A stretch of 28,969 nt of DNA from Planctomycetota bacterium. GTDB lineage: Bacteria; Planctomycetota; B15-G4. The translations under genes and the position numbers were made by a program. The notes under the pieces were generated by a model. The model saw nothing but the letters and a program-made list of their open reading frames with translations, did not search any database and was not told the DNA's origin. Every line of letters starts with the position of its first letter. Position 1 is the first letter of the stretch. Of this stretch, positions 1 through 6,902 are shown piece by piece. The stretch lies in contig JBBQUR010000033.1 in the NCBI GenBank assembly GCA_038212275.1, forward strand, positions 1 to 28,969, written 5' to 3'.

Positions 1-199
1 AAGCCGGTCGCCGGCCAGCAGCCGGCGCGCTGAGCGACTGCCGCGGTCGAGGCGGCTGCGCGGAGATCTCGAGCCCTCCGGCGCAATCAACCCACCGAGC
101 GCAGATCAACCCGCTGCCGGAAGCTCGGTCGGACGCTTACCTTGCTCTCGGCGGCTTGGCGACACAATGCTCTGACTCGGCCGCATCCCGGAGTTCGCC

Positions 200-439
200 A
201 TGGAACCCGTCTTCACGTTGCCCTACCCGGAGTTCTGCGTCGCGCAGCGACTGCACAAGCTCTTTCCGACGGCCGAGGGCTACTCACTCTTTGTGCCCTT
301 GTCGAGACAGGAGAAAGGCGTGGACCTCATGCTCGCGCATCGGGGAGGCCGGACGCGTGCCGTGACGATCCAGATCAAGTCGTCGCGCACGTATTCAAGC
401 CCGCCGCCTGCACGGGAATCGATCCTCACTTCACTCTGA
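200..439 (+). pseudogene. Truncated PD-(D/E)xK-fold nuclease-like gene (N-terminal fragment)
   Basis: GGAG RBS before ATG 200. Translation has GVDL...TIQIKSSR, the D...(E/Q)xK pattern of restriction-endonuclease-like folds. It stops at 79 aa, shortly after the motif, which is too short for a complete domain. Confidence 0.55.
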
Positions 440-580
440 GGCTGAAGGAAATGAGACCCTCGCAGGAGCGGTAGGAAGCCCCGAATGAGGCACAGCCGCA
501 CGCCCGGATCCGCGAGGATGAAGCCGAATGGTGATCTACTCGACGCCAAGCATAGAAGGACTGAATCGGCGCGGATTAGG

Positions 581-685
581 ATGCCTCGTGCGAAGAAGGA
601 CAAGACGATTGGGAGATGGCGCACGACTCAATCCGTCAAATGGGATGGAAGTGGAATTCGGTGCGATCTGCGTGCTGGGCGCTGA
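581..685 (+). pseudogene. Possible N-terminal scrap of a small hypothetical protein (GRWR...WD motif)
   Basis: MPRAKKDKTIGRWRTTQSVKWD resembles the start of small GRWRI..M..WD hypothetical proteins found near mobile elements. Recognition from memory only. Confidence 0.25.
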
Positions 686-867
686 GCAGCGGTGAGCCGG
701 CGAGGCTGCCGGCACTTGGGAAGCCAAAGAGCGCGCTCAGCGGTCTAGCGCCGGCGTTTACTGTCGGAGACCGATCGCCAGACCGGCGCTGGGGAAAGAC
801 ACGCTGCGGGCGCTGAGGTAGGGTGGGGGGCGCTGATATTTGGCTCTTGTGGAGCGCCAGTGGTCGC

Positions 868-1479
868 ATGCCGAACCAGGAGACCCACGCATTCGTACGT
901 AACCTCCGGCGACAGTCCTTAGAAGGGAATCAAGCGGCGATGATGCAGTTGTGGCAGCTCTGCTGCGACAACTTGCGGCGCTTCGTACGCATACGCCTCG
1001 GTGCGGAGCTGCGGGACCGGTTCGAGGCGAGCCACATCTTGGGGCCCATGATCCGCGCGGCACTCCTCCAAGAGACACTCAGCGTACTGAGCAGTGAGCG
1101 GGCATTCATCGGGTGGTTTGCAATGATGTCGAACGAAGCCGACAGAGACGCCAGCGAGGATGTCGGCGTGCACCCGCGCGATCAAACGGACAATCTGCCA
1201 CCCTGGTTCAGGATCAATTGCAGGCCGCACGGCGTGAACCTCGTGGCGACAGACATGCTGCCGGATTACTCGCCCCGGGTGTCATGGACACCTGCGCGCC
1301 TGGTGGCTTGCCTCGAGACGTCGTCGAGGGGGTTTCGTGAACGGTTCATTCTTCGTGAATACATGGGACTTTCGTGGACGGAAGTCGCCGGGTTGACCGG
1401 GCAACCGAGTGGAGCCGCCGCGCGCATGATACATGCGTCGGAAAGTGATGAATTAAGGCGGCGGATGGGCGACCCGTGA
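868..1479 (+). CDS. Degenerate ECF-type RNA polymerase sigma factor (possibly a pseudogene)
   Basis: Region 2-like GNQAAMMQLWQLCCDNLRRFVRIRLGAELRDRFEA and AFIGW. Region 4-like RERFILREYMGLSWTEVAGLTGQPSGAAARM. The usual D(I/L)xQE motif is missing. ATG 868 chosen over GTG 823. Confidence 0.7.
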   Translation: MPNQETHAFVRNLRRQSLEGNQAAMMQLWQLCCDNLRRFVRIRLGAELRDRFEASHILGPMIRAALLQETLSVLSSERAFIGWFAMMSNEADRDASEDVGVHPRDQTDNLPPWFRINCRPHGVNLVATDMLPDYSPRVSWTPARLVACLETSSRGFRERFILREYMGLSWTEVAGLTGQPSGAAARMIHASESDELRRRMGDP

Positions 1480-1762
1480 CGAGGTCGTGCTTGCATAGCT
1501 TCGGAGTTGCGCGGGCAGGCCGCGTAGGCCGTGGTGAGAATCATGCGGTGCTCGAGATTGGGGATGGCCGCCAGGAACGTGAGCACGTCTTCCCGTGAAA
1601 GGACAGTGGGCAGACCCCGCGAGCGCCGCGGGAAGGGGATGTACTCGATGGCGAAGGTCGCGTGGAGCACAAAGCGGTAGAGGACCCGCAGCGCGCAGAA
1701 TGTCTGGACGAGGGTGCCCTCGCAGGCGCCGAGGCGCACGAGGTGGATCTGGTATTCGTGGA
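1480..1762 (-). pseudogene. Internal fragment of a tyrosine recombinase/integrase
   Basis: YQIHLV...QTFCALRVLYRFVL...IPFPRRSRGLPTVLSREDV...NLEHRMILTTAYAACPRNSEA matches the SAM-like-to-catalytic junction of XerD-like integrases (GLRxSE decayed to CPRNSE). Neither the start nor the catalytic C-terminus is present. Confidence 0.8.
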
Positions 1763-1892
1763 TGCTGTCGCGATCACGTAGCCGGTATTTCGGCTCGGTG
1801 CCGTCGCCGGGGAACGCTTTCCGGATCTGCCGCGCCGTCCACGCTGCCGTGGGGTGGGCCGTCACGGCGACATGCACGATGCGCCGACGGTC
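1763..1892 (-). pseudogene. Internal fragment of an rve (DDE) integrase-core transposase
   Basis: DRRRIVHVAVTAHPTAAWTARQIRKAFPGDGTEPKYRLRDRDSI is the typical H..VT.HPTA.W..QQ.REAFP...YL.RDRD segment of integrase-core proteins. Confidence 0.8.
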
Positions 1893-1958
1893 ACCCTTGA
1901 CGTGTACCTGCGGGCCGCACGGTCTCCCCGGAGGGCCATCCCGTCCGGGCCACTGGAT

Positions 1959-2030
1959 TCAGACCGCCGCCCTGTAACGATGGTGCAGCCCACCAAAGAT
2001 GGGCTGAGCCGACCGGATCGTGGACGCTGC
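1959..2030 (-). pseudogene. C-terminal tip of an rve integrase-core transposase
   Basis: Minus strand reads ...QPIFGGLHHRYRAAV*, the characteristic GGLHHRY..AA terminus of this family. The upstream boundary is approximate. Confidence 0.65.
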
Positions 2031-2104
2031 CACCCGGTGACGACCAGATCGTGGACACTGGCACCCGAGGGCATCAGCGGCGGCAGCGCCGGGGCACGGC
2101 CGCC

Positions 2105-3787
2105 TTACGGCGTCACAGCCTTCAGTGCATTGCTCAATGATGCGCCCTGCGGACCCGCCGCGTCCTTCACCGCACACTGGAAGAAAAGCGTGGTCAGCGG
2201 CGGGACGGCCGACGGCCACGTGAACGGCAGCGCGATCGCGCCCGAGGCGTCGGTCCCGAGGCCGAGCGTCAGCGCGACCGGGAAGGCCGCCAGCGAGCCG
2301 CCCTTGAACGGCACTGGCGCGCTCGAGAGGGACACGAACAGCAGCGCGGGCGACGAGGGGTTCGCGGCCGTCAGTGCAAGGCTCGCCGAAGTGCCGCGGA
2401 CCAGCGTGCCCGCGCCCGCGAGACTGGGGATGCCGCCGCTGCCGGCCAGGCCGGGCGCGAAGTCCGACCACGCCGAGTCCGGGTGGAGGTCGCGCAGGAA
2501 GGCGTCCACGGACGCGTTGGTGTCGTCGGGAACGAGGTTGCTCGACGCGCTCTCGAAGGTCACGAAGCGACCGTCGGCCGAGATCGCCGGCATGTCGGCC
2601 CAGTAGTCACCCTCGGTGCCGTCCGAAGCCACGCTGATCCGCTCCGTCGCGCCGGTGACGCGATCGTGCAGGAAGACGTCCGACCAGCCATTGCCGTCGC
2701 CCGGCACGAGGTTCGTCGCGGAACTCATGAACGCGACGAAACGGCCGTCGGGCGACAGCGCGGGATTGAGGCTGTCGAGATTGGCGGCGTGACCGGCCGA
2801 ATCCACGCTGACGAGGTCCGTGACGCCCGTGACGCCGTCGTGCACGAAGATGTCCCAGACCAGGTTCGTGTCGCCGGGCACGAGGTTGTTGGCGCTGCCA
2901 TGGAACGCGACGTAGCGACCGTCGGCGGAGATCGACGTGGGCACGCTGAGCCCATTCGCCTGCAGGCCACCTGCGCCGACGCTGACGCGCGTGGTCGTAC
3001 CGGTGACCAGATCGCGCTCGAAGGCGTCTCGCTCGTTGTTTGTGTCGCCGGGAACGAGATTCGTGGCCAGGCTCGCAAAGGCGACGTGATGGCCGTCGGC
3101 CGAGAGGAAGGCGGAGTAGCTGTTCTTGTTGGCCTGCACGCCGGCGGTGGTCACGCTGGCGCGCACCGTCTGGCCGGTGACTCCGTCGTGCACGAAGACC
3201 TCGTAGATCTGCGCGCTGTTCGTGTCTCCGGAGACGAGGTTCTTCGCCTGGCTGGTGAAGGCCACATATCTCCCGTCGGCCGAGATCGAGGGCGCCGTGC
3301 TGTTGTTATTCCCCTGGACGCCGTTGGAGCTGACGCTGAACCGCCGCGTCGCGCCGGTGAGGGAGTCGTGCACGAACACGTCGGAGAAGCCGTTCGTGTC
3401 GCCGGGGACGAGGTTGATCGCGAAGCTCGAGAAGGCGACGTAGCGGCCGTCGGCCGAAATCGACGTCACGCGTTCGTCGCCCGCGGTGCCGGGATTTCCA
3501 GCCGAGTCCACGCTGACCTTCCAGACCACGCCCGTGAGCCTGTCGCGCTCGAAGATGCCGCCCGCGCCGCTCACTTCGCCGGCCACGAGGTTCGTGGCGT
3601 AGCTCTGGAAGGCGATGTAGCGACCGTCCGCCGAAATCGAAGGCGGAGCACTGTCGCCGTCGCCCTGGATGCCCGCGAGGCTCACGCTGAGTCGCGTGGT
3701 CTCGCTGGACTGGGCGGAGGCTGGGTCGCGCGTGCATAACGCCAGCGTGAGGAAGGCGGCGGTCAGGAACGGTGACTTGTGGATCAT
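2105..3787 (-). CDS. Secreted TolB/WD40-like 7-bladed beta-propeller protein with an additional C-terminal beta domain
   Basis: GGAG RBS before ATG 3787. Signal peptide MIHKSPFLTAAFLTLALC...ASA. Seven (I/L)S(A/P)DG(R/H)xxxF repeats with NLVPGDTN...DVFVHD linkers, then a ~120-aa non-repeat tail. Confidence 0.9.
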   Translation of the reverse strand: MIHKSPFLTAAFLTLALCTRDPASAQSSETTRLSVSLAGIQGDGDSAPPSISADGRYIAFQSYATNLVAGEVSGAGGIFERDRLTGVVWKVSVDSAGNPGTAGDERVTSISADGRYVAFSSFAINLVPGDTNGFSDVFVHDSLTGATRRFSVSSNGVQGNNNSTAPSISADGRYVAFTSQAKNLVSGDTNSAQIYEVFVHDGVTGQTVRASVTTAGVQANKNSYSAFLSADGHHVAFASLATNLVPGDTNNERDAFERDLVTGTTTRVSVGAGGLQANGLSVPTSISADGRYVAFHGSANNLVPGDTNLVWDIFVHDGVTGVTDLVSVDSAGHAANLDSLNPALSPDGRFVAFMSSATNLVPGDGNGWSDVFLHDRVTGATERISVASDGTEGDYWADMPAISADGRFVTFESASSNLVPDDTNASVDAFLRDLHPDSAWSDFAPGLAGSGGIPSLAGAGTLVRGTSASLALTAANPSSPALLFVSLSSAPVPFKGGSLAAFPVALTLGLGTDASGAIALPFTWPSAVPPLTTLFFQCAVKDAAGPQGASLSNALKAVTP

Positions 3788-3981
3788 GGAACTCCGGCAC
3801 TGTGGATGGGCATCGAGACGGTTCGAATCATGAGTGAGCAAACGACGCGCCAAACCACGGCCGCGGCGCTGCAGCGCCGGGTTCGGCCGTCACGCGTGCC
3901 ACAGCGCGGGCTGGCACGGCCTGATTCACCGTACGCTCTCGGCCGCGGGCACTTTCCGCCTTCGACCACCTTTGCTGTCCC

Positions 3982-4394
3982 ATGAGTCAACCGCCCCGAC
4001 CGCCCGACGACCTGCTGCGCGATCGCTCACTGCTGACGGCCTGCGCCCGCAGCCGCGCGAAGCGCCGCGCGACGTCGTAGTCCCGGTGCCTCGTGGTGCG
4101 GTCGTCGAAGGCCAGATCCTGGATGCGGGAGGGCGGCCGGAAGGTGCGTGGGTGTTCCTGATCAGCGGTGGCGAGGCGCCGCATGCCGAGCGGCATGGGG
4201 TGCACGATGGCTACTTCCGCCCCGAAGGGCTGCCGCCGGGCCACGACAGAGTCGTGGTTGCCCATCCGAACTATGAATGGACGTGGGACGATCCCGAGAG
4301 CGCAGCAGAGGCCGCAGCAAGCGTGCAGTCGTCGCTCGAACTCGACCTGGAGCCGGGCGAGCAGCGCGAGGTGACGTTGCAGACCTCGCCCTGA
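3982..4394 (+). pseudogene. Remnant with a carboxypeptidase-regulatory-like (beta-sandwich) C-terminus; probable internal deletion
   Basis: The frame ending at 4394 reads RGAVVEGQILDAGGRP...GYFRPEGLPPGHDRVVVAHP...LDLEPGEQREVTL but has no convincing start. ATG 3982, in another frame, gives MSQPPRPPDDLLRDRSLLTACARS and soon stops. Confidence 0.55.
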
Positions 4395-4495
4395 CGGGAG
4401 CCAGCGCTGCCGTCCGCGCCCCCTGACGGACAACAAGGCTCTCCGCTCTCCCCGATGCCCCATCCCCGCAACATCCGGTTCAGCACGCTGCGCGC

Positions 4496-4501
4496 TACCA
4501 T
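4496..4501 (+). promoter_or_regulatory. Putative -10 box (TACCAT) for a leaderless transcript
   Basis: TAnnnT lies 7 nt before ATG 4509, which has no SD sequence. Confidence 0.4.
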
Positions 4502-4508
4502 GCCGCGC

Positions 4509-5642
4509 ATGACACGAGAGGCGATCGGCGACGGCACGGATCGACGCGAGTTCCTGACGCAGGGCGGCGCGTTGCTCGCGGCCGTCTCGCTCGGCGCCGC
4601 CTTGCCCGCCGCAGCGTGCGTGAGCACGGCGGCTCAGGACAGCAGGCCAGCCCGGCGCCCTCCGCCCGACCGACTCATCGTCTCGACCTGGAACTTCGGG
4701 CTCGCGGCGAACTCCGTCGCCTGGCAGCGCCTCGTGCAGGGCGCCGCGCATCCCCTCGATGCCTGCGAGGCCGGCGTCATGGTGCCGGAGGCCGACCCCG
4801 CCGTGACCTCGGTCGGCTACGGCGGCGCGCCCAATGCGGCGGGCATTGTCGAGCTGGACAGCGCCGTGATGCGCGGTGACACGCTCGACTGCGGCGCCGT
4901 GGCTGCGCTGCAGAACATCCTGCATCCGGTCTCGGTCGCGCGCGCGGTCATGGAGCGCACGCCGCACGTGCTGCTCGTCGGCGACGGTGCGCTGCAGTTC
5001 GCGCGCCGGCTGGGTTTCCACGAGCAGGACATGCTGGCGCCGGCGGCCCGCACGGCGTGGGAAGAGTGGCAGCGCGGACGCCCGCAGCAGCTCGAGCCCT
5101 GGGAGCAGCCGCGCTCGACGGCCGGCGCTGTCGGCGCTGTCGGCGCTACCGGCGCTGTCGGCGCCACGGCTCCCGCAGCGGCGGCCGCACCCGTCGCCAC
5201 GCCGGCGGATCACGACACCATCGGGATGATCGCGCTGGATCACGGCCGTCTCGCCACCGCCGTGACCACGAGCGGGCTGGCCTTCAAGCTGCCGGGACGC
5301 GTGGGCGACTCGCCGATCATCGGCGCGGGCAGCTACTGCGACGACGAGGTCGGCGCGGCCGTCTCCACCGGGCTGGGCGAGGAAGTCATTCGCGCCGGCG
5401 GCTGCGTCTCGATCATCGAGGCGATGCGCCACGGCAGCAGTCCGCAGCGCGCCTGCCTCGACGTGCTCGCCCGCGTGCGCCGCACGCTGGAGCGCACCGG
5501 CAAGCCGCGCGACACGCTCATCGCCTTCCTCGTCGTGAGCCGCAGCGGCGAGGTCTACGGCGCCGCGCTGCGCAGCGGCTTCCAGTATGCGTTGACCGAT
5601 GCTGGCGGCTCGCGACTGATCGACGCCGACGTCCTGCCATGA
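4509..5642 (+). CDS. N(4)-(beta-N-acetylglucosaminyl)-L-asparaginase (glycosylasparaginase, Ntn hydrolase), Tat-exported
   Basis: Tat motif DRREFL followed by a hydrophobic helix. STWNFG, SVGYGG.PN, HD|TIG autoprocessing site, TTSGLAFKLPGRVGDSPIIGAG, TGLGEEVIR. The start could alternatively be 4500. Confidence 0.93.
   Translation: MTREAIGDGTDRREFLTQGGALLAAVSLGAALPAAACVSTAAQDSRPARRPPPDRLIVSTWNFGLAANSVAWQRLVQGAAHPLDACEAGVMVPEADPAVTSVGYGGAPNAAGIVELDSAVMRGDTLDCGAVAALQNILHPVSVARAVMERTPHVLLVGDGALQFARRLGFHEQDMLAPAARTAWEEWQRGRPQQLEPWEQPRSTAGAVGAVGATGAVGATAPAAAAAPVATPADHDTIGMIALDHGRLATAVTTSGLAFKLPGRVGDSPIIGAGSYCDDEVGAAVSTGLGEEVIRAGGCVSIIEAMRHGSSPQRACLDVLARVRRTLERTGKPRDTLIAFLVVSRSGEVYGAALRSGFQYALTDAGGSRLIDADVLP
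5124..5168 (+). repeat. 5 x 9-bp in-frame tandem repeat (GGCGCTGTC; GAV/GAT)
   Basis: ggcgctgtc ggcgctgtc ggcgctacc ggcgctgtc ggcgccacg, read directly. Confidence 0.9.
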
Positions 5643-5719
5643 TCGAGCGGCCGCATGACGACGCGCGCCGCGACGACAGTCGCCATGAGCCAGGCTCCGG
5701 CGACCACGGAGGCCTCCCC

Positions 5720-6193
5720 ATGCCCGACCACACGCCGCACACCTTCCGCTCGGCGCAGCTGCAGCCCGGCGAGAGCTGCCGCATCAGCGAAGCCGAGTGG
5801 TATCACTTCCTGGAGCTGGTCGAACCGCTGCACCAGTGGGGCGCGGCCTTTCTCTTCGACGAGGAGCGCGCGCCGGCAGCCGCACGCGCCAGTGCTGGCG
5901 GCCCGCTGCGCCTCGTGCGCATCTACCTGCGCGACGATCGCGCCCGCTTCGGCGGCGAGAGCGGCACGGCGGTCGGCGAGCACTCGTGTGTGCGCCTTGA
6001 CGCGCTGCGCTCGGCGGCGGCGCGCGCGGGCGTGGAGCGCGTGGAGCAGACCTCGCGCGACGCGGCCGACATCATCACGGCCCTGCAGGACAAGGCCTCG
6101 CTCTCCGTGGCCGACATGGAAGCGCAGGAAGCGGCCAGCAACCGCTTCGTGCAGACCGCCGAGGCCCTCTACCGCGAGCTGCTCGCAAACTGA
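5720..6193 (+). CDS. Hypothetical protein (157 aa)
   Basis: GGAGG RBS before ATG 5720 and strongly GC3-biased codons. An alternative ATG at 5639 overlaps the upstream stop (ATGA). No family recognised. Confidence 0.7.
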   Translation: MPDHTPHTFRSAQLQPGESCRISEAEWYHFLELVEPLHQWGAAFLFDEERAPAAARASAGGPLRLVRIYLRDDRARFGGESGTAVGEHSCVRLDALRSAAARAGVERVEQTSRDAADIITALQDKASLSVADMEAQEAASNRFVQTAEALYRELLAN

Positions 6194-6289
6194 CCCGGAG
6201 CACTGGCCGGCCCAACCCTTGCGGGGGGGGAATAGCAGCTACGCTGCACCGGTCAGGGGGCATTGCAAGGAACTCGGAGAGGGTTTGCC

Positions 6290-6832
6290 ATGAAGCTTGC
6301 GGGATTGGTTCGTCTGCTGGGAGTCGTCGCGCTGGCCGGTCTCGCCACGGCGTGGGTGACGCAGGATGCGACGCTTCAGAAGGGCGCGGGCGCCGCTGAG
6401 CCGCAGCCATTCTTCATGAAGAACATCAGCGTCGCTCTCGGCGACGACCAGATGGTGAATCTCCACTTGATGGTCGGCCTCGGGCCGCTCTGCAGTGTCG
6501 AGGGTGTGGAGGGCGTCCAGCATCGCCCGCTCGTCATCTCGAGCGTCTTCGACTACGGCTGCGTGCTCACGAGCAGCAGCACCAGCTTCAGCATGGTGGA
6601 TGCAACCACGGCGGACGCCGTGCCGGTCAACGGCGGCGGCGCCGACCCGGTGGAGGCGAAGTGGTTCGCGAGCAAACTCCTCGGCGATTCCACGAAGTAC
6701 GTCGAAGGCGAGCCGCTGCCCTCGTGGCGCATCACGGTGCAGCCGAACGAAGGACTCACGTGGGGAGGCATCGCGAGCAAGGCCGATCTCTCCGTGACCT
6801 GGGAGCCGATCGCTCCCGGGGAAAAGAAGTAG
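6290..6832 (+). CDS. Hypothetical exported protein (180 aa)
   Basis: GGAGAGG RBS. Signal-peptide-like start MKLAGLVRLLGVVALAGLATA. Two Cys; the mature part looks beta-rich. Confidence 0.75.
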   Translation: MKLAGLVRLLGVVALAGLATAWVTQDATLQKGAGAAEPQPFFMKNISVALGDDQMVNLHLMVGLGPLCSVEGVEGVQHRPLVISSVFDYGCVLTSSSTSFSMVDATTADAVPVNGGGADPVEAKWFASKLLGDSTKYVEGEPLPSWRITVQPNEGLTWGGIASKADLSVTWEPIAPGEKK

Positions 6833-6902
6833 CCGCAGCATTCCCGGCCGACTGACCGGCCCGCCGAAGGACCGGCCCGCGGGCGGTCTGCGGCCGGCCG
6901 CC

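Noticed and set aside
745..792. Hairpin agcgccgg...ccggcgct as possible attC or ncRNA
   Set aside because: No RYYYAAC/GTTRRRY core sites or recognisable RNA family; GC-rich stems occur by chance.
1266..1877. 203-aa ORF as a functional hybrid recombinase
   Set aside because: It lacks the complete DDE triad and the tyrosine recombinase catalytic C-terminus, and its end is the antisense of the sigma gene.
2480..3700. Recurring ~165-bp-period nucleotide similarity (acgaggtt...gtcgccg)
   Set aside because: Explained by the protein's propeller-blade repeats.
5057..5638. N-terminal part of the 378-aa ORF 5057-6193
   Set aside because: It is an alternate frame of the asparaginase gene. Only 5639/5720 onward looks coding.
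6835..6902. GC-rich segment with gaccggcccgc direct repeat between convergent genes as a terminator
   Set aside because: No clean stem with a U-tract, so it cannot be supported.
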